DNA of 64,000 bases, taken from Yuukianura sp. NJ FZ-2021. Its lineage: Eukaryota. The notes under the pieces are model-generated. The model was not told the origin of the DNA, made no database searches, and was given only the letters and a program-made list of their open reading frames with translations. The stretch is taken from contig CM102290.1 of NCBI GenBank assembly GCA_046563655.1, forward strand, positions 12,834,001 through 12,898,000, read 5' to 3'. Each line of letters starts with the position of its first letter. Position 1 is the first letter of the stretch. A program made the translations under genes and the position numbers. Below are positions 31,017-43,361 of this stretch, piece by piece.

Positions 31017-32878
31017 ATGGTGGTCTTCAGCAAGAATGTGCTGGGTTTAGCTACGGTCGGTCCAAGAATCATTTTTTGCAGTAAACCTATCCTTGCGAGA
31101 CGGCTTTCACGCGTATTGGCGACAAGGTTCTATCGACAGTCACATCAACAACATTCCATTTTCGCTGAAAGCATCCATCGCCAGCCACACGTACGGAATG
31201 ACGAAAGAGATCATATAACGAGATGGACAGGCCAAAAGGAACAAAATCTCCAGGAGACTTACACCGAAAACTTCGAAGCGAAAAGGGAGTGGGTGACAAG
31301 GCTGTTTCAAATTACATTCGTTTGTGGGGCTGTCGTTTCCGGACTACTAGGCTTCAAGACGTTGAAGAAAGCAATTACTGTAGAAGCAGCCAAACCTTTC
31401 GCTACCGAGGGAGATAGGACAAGGTTCCCTAGTTCAACGAAAGAAGACAATTCGTACAAAAAAGACGCCGGTAATAGTAAACGGATGAACTTCAACTTTG
31501 TAGCTGATGTCGTGGAAGCAGTGGGTGACACAGTCGTCTGCATTGAAATTAAAGACAACACCCTAGTTGATTGGATCACGGGCAAACCTGAAGTAATGAG
31601 CAATGGATCCGGGTTTATCATTTCCGAAGATGGTTTAATCCTGACGAATGCTCATGTTGTGGTTGGGCGTAGCAACATGTCACTAATGGTAAACCCGCAT
31701 CAGTTTTCATCAATTGAAATAGACATAAACAAAATTTTCATAAAAGATTTCTGTTTGGTATAACTTAGGTAAAACTGCACGATGGCCGTACATTTCCAGC
31801 TCGTATTGAAGATGTAGACCTAAAGTCTGATTTAGCAATTCTTCGTATCAAATCGGTAACTGACCAATTCAGGAAAATAATGGCGGCCAAAGAATGAAAA
31901 CTAAATTGTGCATTACTTTTCATTTCATCTATAGCGTGGACTGCCTACTATGCCGCTAGGATCGTCTTCCGAAACTCGTATTGGAGAATGGGTTGTTGCA
32001 CTGGGAAGTCCACTGTCGTTAACGAATACAGTTACTGCTGGAGTAATTAGTAGCGTTAGCAGGAAAGCCAACGAGCTCGGGATCAATTTTAACGACATCT
32101 CTTACATCCAGACAGACGCTGCAATTACGGTAAGCAAAGCGTGTTTTTCTTTTGGAAGTGGAACTGTAGTTGTTAAGTAGTTGTGGATTTTAGGCAAGGT
32201 TGAATGTAAAATGTTTTTTTTTCTTAGTTTGGTAATTCAGGGGGACCACTGGTAAATTTAGACGGAGAAGCAATTGGAATCAACTCCATGAAAGTAGCTG
32301 CAGGAATCTCCTTCGCTATTCCTATCGATTACGTCAAGGGGTATCTAGCAGATGCTGAGAGGAGGCGGAGTAAGTCGTCAAGAAACGTTTAGCACCTCGT
32401 CAACATTCATTTTATGAAATCATTTGTAGTTTAACAAAGTAATTGTTTGGTTTGCAGTTACAGGAGCAACGAAACCAAAACGTCGCTACATGGGTGCAAC
32501 GCTTCTTACCCTGACGGAAGATTTAGTCCGAGAACTTCATGCGTCAAATGCAGTTCTGCCCCAAATGTCTCGTGGCGTAATGGTCTGGCGTGTTGTCATA
32601 GGATCTCCCGCTTTCAAGTAAACATTTCATTATTAATTACCTAGACAGTTCAATTATTAATCAAGACTTCGTGTGATAAAAGTTAGTTTATTTTGTCTAG
32701 ATGCGGCTTGAAGCCTGGTGATATCATATACAAAGTAAATGACGTAGACGTTACCAGCACCACTCCTATTTTCGAAGCACTGCAAAAATCAGAATCGCTC
32801 AAGTTTCATGTGATCAGGAGAGACGTTGCAACTCCAAATTTTGTATGCGTTATGTACCCAGAGGAAGTTCCACAATAA
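31017..32878 (+). CDS. HTRA2: Mitochondrial serine protease HtrA2/Omi, multi-exon
   Basis: Arg-rich presequence, TM segment, [65 protein letters not shown] (RRYMGAT...GLKPGDII). Confidence 0.96.
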
Positions 32879-33253
32879 CTAACCCTAAGACTTGACACTA
32901 CTTATGTTAACACTTATTTATTAATTGACGTAAAGTTCGGCAAAGTACTAATTGTGATTAACTAATTAAATATTTTCGGAAGAATGACAAATTATGAAAA
33001 TTATACAGAATGTTCTCTACGCTTTAAAAATTCAATAAAACCAGTAAGTCTGCCTTTCCTGAATTATTTCACTACCCGTAATTATGTAAAAGCTCCAATG
33101 CATGAAAAGATATTGCTGAATGCTGGCGAGTATTCTGAATGATTTGAGTTGATTGAGTGAGATTCTTTTTTTGAAATGTGCCGAGATTATTGTCGCTTAA
33201 TTAGTTTGGCATTTTGTGGACGGATGCTTGAAGCCAAAGCGTTAAGGTTGATT

Positions 33254-33727
33254 TCACAGTTTCCAGCAACAAGTTAGACTTTTGATGCCAGTACGTTTGA
33301 CGTCGTCGTCTAGCTCCCTCGTAGCACTACTGGTACATTGATCCAGAGACTTGTTTGGCAAGTATGATTTACATGCAGAATTTGTTGGAAATACAAACTT
33401 GGATGTAATCGTACCGTTGGAGTTTCGGGTTTGAAATACTTTGACGGAGTTGTAGGTAGTTATACATTCTTTGGCAGCATTATGACCCAAATTTCCACAA
33501 ATCAAGCAACCATGATTTATGGGTCGTGTGTCGATGGATGATTCTGATGAACTAGAATCGACTAGGATAGGGCAATCGTCGTCGTCATCACGTCTGTCTT
33601 TGCTGCCTGCTGTAGTTGATGCCGATCCGCCTTTCAATTTGTGCTCAGATTTACTAGTGATAGAATGTATACGGGGATGAACAGCATCAACGCATGTTGC
33701 GTCAACGTTGCCTCGTTCCGTGTCCAT
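33254..33727 (-). CDS. Hypothetical 157-aa protein with a zinc-knuckle-like motif
   Basis: ATG-initiated ORF, CLICGNLGHNAAKEC motif, plausible 5' UTR intron (~33787-33846); no family recognised. Confidence 0.45.
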   Translation of the reverse strand: MDTERGNVDATCVDAVHPRIHSITSKSEHKLKGGSASTTAGSKDRRDDDDDCPILVDSSSSESSIDTRPINHGCLICGNLGHNAAKECITTYNSVKVFQTRNSNGTITSKFVFPTNSACKSYLPNKSLDQCTSSATRELDDDVKRTGIKSLTCCWKL

Positions 33728-34984
33728 TGCTTGTTTCCGACTTGCCGATCTAGTAGCAGTATCGCAACCGTCCTCTTATGCTGGATGTCTATTAATTAAG
33801 ACCGGAAAATATTTTAGCTTGTTTGGGCCGATAGATTGCAACATACCTGGGGGAAAAAGCGACCTGAATTAAAATTTGTTCTTGTATCGGATTTCGTTGT
33901 CGTTCTTACGTTTCTTGACGACTCCGATGGGATGACCTTAGTGACCTTGGCCGTCCCGCTTTGTACGACTCCGGCCTGAGTTCGTCACCTTCTCGTCGTG
34001 TATAGTATGTCCGAAACCGGGTCAAAAGGTCAAACTAATCCCTACTCCGGGAGTAAAAGTCGTTCTCATTCTTCTCCAGCTGATTTTCCGACCCGCGGCC
34101 CCAACCGAAACCGAAAATAAATCCAGCGAGTTATCTCCCGCGTTTACGCTGTGACGGGGGACGAGGACACGAAAAATGACACGGCGAGATGTCACAGGTC
34201 ATCATTACGGTAATCACTGGACAAAAGTTAATTAAGGCATTATTCTACTAAATTATAATTAAGGTGAAGCCTGAGGAGTGAATAATTTGAAAACGAAAAC
34301 ATTAATATTACCTGCTATTGTACAAAAATTTCTACCAAAAACAACAAACAAAATTGGGGTATTGTGAGATTCTGAATAAGATTTGAACTTGTGGCGGTAA
34401 ATTTATGATTTGAAAGAAAGGGATAAACAAAACAACATCAGCTGTTGAAGTTTACTAAAAATAGTCTGAAGAGTTGACAACGTCAACAATAATTAAAATT
34501 TCGTTAACTTAAACGTTAATTGCATATTTAGTATTAACGTATTGGTTTAGTATTTGTATCGGTTCACCGTTACTGTAACAAAACGGACGGGTATGGGTCA
34601 CATTACAACATTGAGCCGAAGTTTATGTCGTCCTTGTCAGAAATATTTTATGAAGATCACTCGTACTCTTCGTAAACCTACTTGGAATCGACTCTTTTGC
34701 TGGCACAACTATCCGTATCAAACTATCCGCAACTACCATCGTATCTGTAAGTACTTAACTCTTGATTGCAAACTTATTGAATTGGTTTTACACGATTAGT
34801 AACGTGCGAATAATCTAGCTTTGGTTTGTTAGATTGGTAGACTCTGGAACGTGAGGTACCGTTTAGCATGAACTGTCTTTATTTAATTTAAAACATTAGG
34901 ACGATTTAGCATTGTTTTTCACACTATCTGCAGCCTCTATGCTCATCCTCGTTTCCAATTTACGTAAGTTGTGAATCGAAAAAT

Positions 34985-37622
34985 TCACTCTGCATTGAAT
35001 CTTCTATTGATTACGAGTGCTTCGTATGGAAGTGGGCTCAGGATAACGCCAACCTGCGGTACGTCGGTCGGCAGTCCTCTATTTTTTGGAATTGGAATAA
35101 ACGCAAATTCTTGCAGCAAACGCACGAAGATCAGGAATAGTTGATCTCGTGCTAAATTTTCACCAGGGCACGCCCGCTTTCCTAATTACATAAAGATTAG
35201 TACTCTGAGAAACTTATTAGTTTTCATTGGCTGTACTTCATGATTTTTTAGGAAGTGTTAGTGTAATACCGGCGGAGAAGGGCATAAACGCTTCGTGTTT
35301 GATGAGCTGCTTGTCCTTGTCTAGAAATCGTTCGGGACGAAAGTTTTCCGGGTCAGACCAGTAGACTGGATCGTTCAGAACGTTAAAGATGTTGGCCAGA
35401 ATTACCGTATTCTTGGGAATGTCAAAAGTCCGAAACTCTGTGATTTAAAAATAGAACCGCATTTCCTTGTGTCAAAGGTCATTAGTCGAAGTGTATTAAT
35501 TTTACTTGTGTTTTCAGTAACAGAGTGGAATAGGCCCATGGGTACCAGCGACGACTTTCTTAGGATTTCCATCAAAGTGGCTTCTGTGTACGGCATTCTA
35601 GAAATTCAGCATTTTGCATTAGAGTTACATTTCAAAGCAGCAGGAACTTACAATCGACGATGGTCGAAAGTGGGTTTGTCTCCTCCAAGGATTAAGTCAA
35701 TTTCTTGCTGAACTTTGATTTGAACGTGTTGATGAAGAATCATGTACAGAAAGGCCCAGGAAAGTGTCGTACTCTGCGTATCTGCTCCCGCCATGAACAA
35801 ATCCAGAAGAACTACCAAGAGGGAGTGCTCTGAAAGACATGAGTGTTGTAAGGTCATAAGTTCATGAAGTAACGAAAGTGAAACATACCACCCCGTTTTC
35901 CAAAGAAACTGGAAGTAGGGTCAGTAGTTTTCCGAATTTCGAGCAGATAGGCATCAATGAAGTCTCGGATGTTGTCGTAGTCAATCGTCTCCTTGTGTTT
36001 GGCTATGATTCCTTCCAGGAATTTGTGAACAGAGGCAATTGATTCGACGAATTTGTACCACCGAGTGACGCGAGGAGCCACTTTGGTCAGCCATGGTAGG
36101 AAAAGTAGCGGTCCAGTGTAGTGTGTCTCGGACAGGTCACTGTAGGACATAACAGATTTATGTTTGACTGAACCATTGACTTTGTGAATATAAATAACGT
36201 AGATTTCCAAATAGTACCCCGGGTACTAATTTCCTTTTGGCACGGAGCAAGGTGGATAAACAGAAATAATTTTTCTTTAACAGGTTAGGCAATAACTCGA
36301 GTTTTAAGTTTTTTGCGATAAATTTTCAGTACTGAATTCAGCTAGTTTCAATCGCAGTTGGTATGGTAAACGGAATTAAAAAATTAGGAGATGGCTTTGA
36401 ATTGGCAAATTCAAAATAGAAAAGGAGTACCTAAGAGGTAGAAAAAATGGTTTGGGCGAGATTTTTCGAAAGCAGGACTTACAAGCAAACCTCTTAAAGC
36501 AAAAAGCTAAAGCTTTTCGTTGCTAAAGCAACCTTGGCGCGGGTAGTATTTGGAAATTTACGGTATTAAAACCTTACGCTCCTGTGCTTTCAATCAGTTT
36601 TTGGAGGTTAGCATCTTCGTGAGTGTACCGTTCACCGGACGTAATGCTCCACAATGCATTGAGGACGGCCATGTTGAATCGATTATGCAACGAAATTGGC
36701 TTTCCTATGTCTCTCCTTAATTTTTTTTAGTTACAACTTGATTAATTTGTTAACTACTAAACTAATTTAACGCTATGGACCTGATTCCTTGAACGAGTTC
36801 ATCAACTTCTTCTTGGATCAAACCTTCCATACTTGTCTTTCCGAATCCAAAATCCTTGAGATGTCGCATTGTAAACTTACGTTGTTCTGTCCATTCGCGC
36901 CCTTCGGAGCAAACTAGACCTGGTAAACAGTAAACAAATACAATAGTGGCGTCCAGGAAAGTACTAAAAGTTTTTATAGTCGTTTTTACTACCTTTTCGG
37001 ATTCCCCGATTTCTGACTTCCAACATTTTGAGATTTGGTCTTCCACAGAAGATGTCTTCGCGAAAGGCTTCTTTGATGGCTGCGCAGTCGTTGAGAACAA
37101 CCACTCTGTAAATACTTGTGCATACTAACTGCTTTTTGAAAGTATCTATGCCTTAATCAAGGTTTGTAAACAAAATTGGTTTTTTCTCTAACAGGTTAGG
37201 CAATAAGTTGGGTTTTTTTTTAAATTGTTTTCCCCTCAAAATTGCAAAAATCAAATAAAGTTCAGAGTAAAATCAAAGTAAAAAAAAATGTTTGTCGAAA
37301 CATTTTTGGAAAAGGGGACTTATTGCCTAACCTGTTAAACAAAAACTATTCGGTGATACAGGAACCTTGGCCTTAATGAATATTTGGATTGGCGTTACCT
37401 GTAATTTCCAATGAATATTGTGAAAACACTTCCATACCAGTCTCCAAGCAGTTTCAACACTCGCTGCGGATTGGTCGCTAGGAAAGGCATGCATCCCAAA
37501 ATAGGAATTCTGATTGGTCCTGGCGGGTAGTTTGGTCTAGATGAGTCCAGAACGCAGTAATTGACTAATCGGTAAACGACCAGCACAACCAAAGTAATCA
37601 ACAAAAGTATCCAATTAAACAT
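34985..37622 (-). CDS. Microsomal cytochrome P450, CYP2 clan, multi-exon
   Basis: N-terminal anchor, PPGP, WTEQRKF, DFGFGK, I-helix DLFMAGADTQSTT, EILR, FRPERF, heme motif PFSAGKRACPGE. Confidence 0.96.
36197..36563. mobile_element. Tc2/pogo-like MITE (TA-flanked) hosting a nested CAAGG MITE
   Basis: CGTAGATTTCCAAATAGTACCC / GGGTAGTATTTGGAAATTTACG inverted termini. Confidence 0.65.
36248..36536. mobile_element. CAAGG-family MITE (degenerate copy)
   Basis: CAAGGT...TTTAACAGGTTAGGCAATAA left end, AACCTTG right end. Confidence 0.7.
37158..37369. mobile_element. CAAGG-family MITE with perfect 8-bp TSD (P- or hAT-superfamily-like)
   Basis: GCCTTAAT|CAAGGTT...AACCTTG|GCCTTAAT; subterminal AACAGGTTAGGCAATAA/TTATTGCCTAACCTGTT. 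Confidence 0.9.
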
Positions 37623-37832
37623 GGTTGTTCGACGAATTGACGATATGGAAATACTCCAACTCTGTTTCGTCTATCTTTTATAGTAAAGTGGAGAACGTCT
37701 TCAAATAGAAGGTGAAAACTTTCTATGAGGTCAAAGGTCACGGATTTTTGCATGCGTTCTGTGCAGATGTAGCAACTTGATAAAAATTATTGTCATTTTT
37801 GTGAAAACAGCGTCACCAAAATGTAAAAAGTG
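37623..37832. promoter_or_regulatory. Compact divergent promoter between the CYP and SERAC1, with TATA box and DR1 motif
   Basis: 210 bp between start codons; TATAAAA on the minus strand at 37676-37682; AGGTCAAAGGTCA at 37728-37740. Confidence 0.55.
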
Positions 37833-40800
37833 ATGGAAAAAGATGATAACCTTTACTTGCAGACTTCCGGTAAACAATATGTTCGTTGTTACATTTATTT
37901 TTTTCTATTTTTTTCAGATCCTACAGCACTGTTTCCGTCTAGAGCAAAGTTCAAGATTTTGGCAGCGGCGATTGTATCTTCCGGACTTATGTAAGCTAGT
38001 ACCTGGACGCTGTTTTGCCAAATTGATTCAAATCTGGACACTGATTGAATTCCCTACGCACAGATCCTTTGTCTACGAAATTCAAATGCTCAAAAGACAA
38101 CTAACGTCATTGGTTCCGGAGTTTGCATCCAAAATCGGAGAGGAGAGTCCTGCGTCATACGTCTACAGTCCCTTTCCCTGTAAACCTATGGACCTGTACC
38201 TTTGTTTCATTAGATGTATGACGATTAATTCAATTGTTACGAACACATTGCAGTGATGGAGGCTTCTCCATGGTATATGCGTCGGTTTCCCTGGATCAGT
38301 TTATGTGATGAGGCGCCAGTGTGGCATTACATTGCTCAGACCAAAAGCGATGACCCAGTTTTGCGAGAAGAGGCAATTAAAAAACTGGTTTCTCTCAAGG
38401 GCCTCACAGGTACCCTTTAAAAAATTCCGGTTGAAGTAAGGATTAACTATCGTCATGGTAGCGGCACATTGTCGCCACACAAGGTTGCCAGAATGATCTT
38501 GTGTGGCTACACCTGAGTGGCAACATTTGTAACCGCTCCAATCCAACCAAACCTTACATGCTGTGGCAACATTAGTAGCCGCATAGTGTAGCCACCTGTG
38601 GTAACCGCAAGATGGTTGTGCTGTGCGGCTACAATGACGGTAGTTAAACCTTACTCCAACCAAGAATGCCTCTGGCCCACTGGAATACTAATTAATTTTT
38701 TTGGTTGAACAGAAGCTGAGTACGGGACGATTGCGTCGGCAATAGATTTCAAAACTGCTGTTATCCTGGCTCACGCTGGTGCTCATCCCTCCATGGTAAC
38801 ACGTCCTCATCTGCTTCATCCGGAGAAGAAAAATGCAAGTTGATGTTACTGTTATGAATGTTGTAAAGTAATCAGTAACTACGCTCTTATTATGTAAATG
38901 AATCTGTAGATGTGTTTAGCGACCAAGTTCAGAGACATTTTGACCGCCCTGCCGCCAAATTCTATTCACGAGGCCATCCTCGGTGCTTCATTTACTGCTC
39001 TTAAAACTTTCAATCCAACTCATGCCGAGAAAATGGACTCTCACATGGTAAACCTATTCATAAATGATACTTTCATAATTTCAGAATTTATTATTTCATA
39101 ATTTCATAATTGATAATTTTGCTATATTTCAGGAATTGGCTTCTGGATTTCTGAGTGAATTTGAACCACTGCGGCCTATACGCACCTTGGCTGAAGAGTC
39201 TGTTCTCAAACCTTGTCTTCAGGCTCTATTGAGTCACTCACGTATCAAAGAGCAAGTTCCGTGTAAGTTAGCCAAACTTTTTATAATGCGTTTACAATGC
39301 AGAATGGCTAACAGACGTTTTACAGCGATTTTAGAACATGGTGCAATGGACCTGTTACTTGTGATTTCCCGAAAGTATAAGACGGACCATGATATTATGG
39401 GACTAGTCATTAAGGTTCTGAGCAGCCTCACTTGCTGTGAAACTTCCAACGCAGCTTTCGAAGAATCTGGTAAGTATTGCAACAAAATATTGCTAGTTTC
39501 TAGTCTAACGTTTTCAATTCTACGCAGGTATACTGGGCGTGATAGCTGAGTGTGCAGCGAGTGATGATGTGCGACTAGCCTTCCCTGCTAGAAAGGCTCT
39601 GCGTAATCTGGATCGTGAAAACTACAAGTACATTTTACCACCGGGAGTTTACCAAGTATATCCGGATCGTAGAGCTAACGAGGAAGATCGGGAGCTGGAT
39701 ATTGTTTTTGTTCATGGACTTATGGGCGGTGCTTTTCGTACTTGGAGATCTCAGGATCCGAATGCAGGTCAATGTCATACCCTAAAGCGTAGAAGATGTA
39801 CAATTAATTGTTGAATTTAATTGGCAGTTGAATTATTTACCAGTATGGCGGCTGAAGCGGAAGACGGAATCTTCAGCAGATGGACTATGTCCAACGTCTC
39901 ACAACGACACGGGTTCCTTGGCCAAACGTGCAGAATTCTTGCGCCATAAAATTCTAGACGCTGACCATAACGCAGCACAGGACACTGTTATCCCCGTTAC
40001 AGACCAAGCATCGTTTCGTGACAGACTGGAGCATAAGTTGAAGTCAATTCCAAAGAAGCTTTTGAGTCCTCCAGGTTTGTTTTTCCTGAAAAGTTCAGTT
40101 TACTTCAAGAAATCACATTTATGATAATGAGTTTTGTTGTTCTTGTAGAGAAAGACATCCAGCCCAGAAACCGAGAACTCCGAAATGGAGAAATGTATTT
40201 TTATCCACCCGACGAAGAAATACCAGTGGAGCTCCATGTGCTGCCAGCATCACCCATCACGAAATGCTGGCCACGCGATTGGCGTAAGTTCTAGGACTTT
40301 GCGCTTTTCGATGGAAATGTGTTTTTCATGTGCTGCAGCGTATGTTTTTACAGTTCCACTGGATTTTCCTAACATTCGTGTGATCTGTGCTGACTTCGAA
40401 ACTTTCATTACTCATTGGAACCCTGTGATGCCGATTGAGAATTTAGGGTACGTTAGTTTGTATTGACAGCATGAAGTTTGACTTTTTATCTCCCTCTGAC
40501 TTAAAATGTAGAAGAACGATTCAGGAGAGGAGTGACGAGCTGATTGAAAAATTGGCCCAAGCTGGAATAGGGGATCGTCCAATTGTGTGGGTGTGTCACT
40601 CGGCTGGTGGAGTCATTGTCAAAAACATGCTTGGAACAGGTATGTAAAAGTTCTTTTTGAGGAAGTAACTACAGTGCAACTTCTCTTTTTGCAACACTCT
40701 CTGATTGGTTGGTGGAGTGGAGCCTATTCTGATTAGGATATTGGACCACCCAATCCATTGAACAATTTGATTTGTTTATTTTGGAAATCCATCAGTAAAA

Positions 40801-41631
40801 ACACGGTGCCCCTCGAGAAAAAAAGTTGCTATAAGAGAGGTTGTACTGTACTGCCCAACATAATTTGTTAATAAGTGAGAAATTTCGATCACTCACGCTG
40901 ACTGTCATGTTTTTATTTGTAGTTGACGGTAGTGAGAGGGAAGACCTGAAACGGATTGCGCGCATGACCAAAGGCGCTGTGTTCTGCAGCACACCTCATT
41001 TCGGATCTCGAATTATAGGAGTTGGGAAGTCGGGAAAAATTTTGTTGCCTACGGTGGAAATAGTGGAGTTGATGAAAGGTAGGTTTAGTTGGAAAGTCGT
41101 GTGTCAAAAGTTTATCAAGGTGAAGCTATAAACTAATAAACTAATTAACTGCATTCTGTATCTCTTACTTTCAGATTCTGCTGCTCTAAAGAAGATTGAT
41201 ACAACGTTTCAGTCTCTTATGGACAAGCATTCTTATAAGGTTGTAAGCTTTGGAGAGCTGTGTCCAACACTAGGGTCTGTCGGGATTTCAAGGAAGCTTG
41301 TTCCAGTTGACTCCTCTGGTAAACGATTTTTGTCATTCAAGGTCGTTATGAATTTGTGCGTACTTAAATAGTCGGTGGTATTCCTATAGATCCTGGATAC
41401 GGAGATTATTATGGTTTGAGGCTTGACCATCTCAACATTTGTAAACCCAGGAGCAGGTACGTAAAAGGCATAAAAAATAACTCGTTGAACTTGTTGTCAA
41501 TTACTAGTATTCTATTCAATAAGTTCTAATTCGATTAGTTTTACTGTTTTAGGCACTCCTTCGTCTATGTCAAAATCCGTGACCTCATAAACAGAATTCT
41601 TCTGGACAGCGGAAATGACAGCAGCGCTTGA
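37833..41631 (+). CDS. SERAC1: Protein SERAC1 (phosphatidylglycerol remodelling, ARM repeats plus alpha/beta hydrolase), multi-exon
   Basis: N-terminal TM (ILAAAIVSSGLISFVYE), ARKALRNLDR, DIVFVHGLMGGAFRTWRSQD, CWPRDW, AGIGDRPIVWVCHSAGGVIVK, FCSTPHFGS, DHLNICKP. Confidence 0.92.
38429..38661. mobile_element. Mutator-like MITE in a SERAC1 intron
   Basis: ~40-bp TIR beginning GGTTG(A/G)AGTAAGG; flanking 9-mers AAAAATTCC/AAGAATGCC (7/9); internal GTGGC/GCCAC repeats. Confidence 0.75.
40672..40848. mobile_element. TA-flanked Tc1/mariner-pogo-type MITE in a SERAC1 intron
   Basis: TA|CAGTGCAACTTCTCTT ... AAGAGAGGTTGTACTG|TA. Confidence 0.75.
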
Positions 41632-42772
41632 GCCGGAAAATGTTCAACTTTTCATCAATACTCAAAACTCAACGTGTCCACGCTCAAATTCATCTACAAG
41701 TACGGGTCTTGCCATGCCAGTGAGATTAGTTTTATACTTCGCATTATACTTTTGTCATAATGCACAACGCAATTTTGATCCGGCCCCTCTTGTCAGAAGA
41801 AATTCTGATCTGGTCACCTCACGATACCTGAGCAGCAAGCGTTAGATGATGCTCAACCAGTGAGACCGATTGTGTCACACTGCGTACTCTGTCCACCTTC
41901 TTTTGTTATGTAAAACACGTCTGAATAAACGAAGCATGCGAGGCTAACACATTGCTTTTTCCGGATGAATTTCGGAACAAAGTGGCATGGACAGAAAAAG
42001 ATCAAGGCTTCCACCGAATTGGCTCCTGTGAGGGAAACAGAGGTGCAGAATTACAGAATCCGAAAGTAATGAAAGACGAAGAAAGAGCTATTTTTGTATT
42101 TGAGAGGAGCAGTAATTGTAAATGATGATGAGGATATGTGGGGAATAAGGCGCTGCTCACTTGGAAGGAACTGAAGGCAGCTCAGGATTTTTTAAAACTG
42201 TTTTTTCCTTACAAACATTTTTGGAAATATCGGTGCTCTTCAATTTTACTGTTTGTTTGGTCTAATCAGTCATTCTCTTTCTTTACGCCAAGACCAACAG
42301 TTCTGTAAGAAGTCAAGAAGAAGCTTAGATTTTGGAAGAATTGACGTTGTGCACTGTCGTATTTTACGAATAACGTCAACTGTAACCACAATTAGTGTTT
42401 CTATTTGTGAATAACATCAATTAATTTTCAGATGACAAGGACTCTGCCCCTGGATAAAGGTTTGTCACATTTTTTGAAAGTTCATTTTTCAAACAAACTT
42501 TTTTTTAGAGTAGTTTCAAGGTTGGCGTCCTTGAATCCCAGAAATTGGCATGACTAAAGAGCAGCAGGAGTTTTAGGAGGTTAAAAAAAACTTTGAATGA
42601 AAGACATTTTTTTTTTCGAAAAAAGTGTCAATAGGAATAATATTATTAGTAGCTTTTGCCAATTTTGGTTTATTAATGACTTCCTGGTAGCCACTTTCCA
42701 AAATCCAAGTCCAACTGTGTCAAGCCTACAAAGTCATAATTCCGGTCCAATTTCCTGGTACTACTAGCTTAC

Positions 42773-43015
42773 CAAGGTTCCTTGACAACGAAAAATTAAT
42801 TTTTTTTAACAGGTTGAGTACTACCTCGCTTGTTGACAAAGAAACGGAAAAAAAATTGGTACCAATTCGTATGAAGAATTTCAAAAATTCGGCTATATTG
42901 TTATGACTACGAAACTACCATGCCCTGAAATCAAAAGACTTTTTTTTTTGCAAAATCGAAAAAAAAACATGAGGTATTACCCAACTTGTTAAAGAAAATC
43001 AGTCACCAAACCTTG
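42773..43015. mobile_element. CAAGG-family MITE
   Basis: Same termini and body as 48871-49099. Confidence 0.85.
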
Positions 43016-43361
43016 GTAATGTACAGTGAGTGAGAGGTTTTACTGTAAATGTTGCACTAGTTTTGGCACTTTTAATATTGTAATACTCATTTTATCATTA
43101 ATTTATTCATATTCTAGAAGAAAACGAAAGACTTTGCCAAAATTTGGAAAAGTTTCAAAGTTTTTTCACAGAAGGCCAAAAAACGATTAACTCTGCTCTC
43201 TCAGTTACCATTACCACCCTGTTTTGTTCGTAGTGTTATGTAAGCAGCTTTTTAGGCATGAGCATCATCTCTAAATTAATTTTTGGCACTGGTTAACCCG
43301 TCAAGATTAAGATCCGGATCCTCCTCGGTTATACGTTTCGGATGGGAATTTTCTAGACCAA

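Noticed and set aside
38301..38663. 120-aa minus-strand ORF
   Set aside because: Translates the Mutator-like MITE; no transposase motifs
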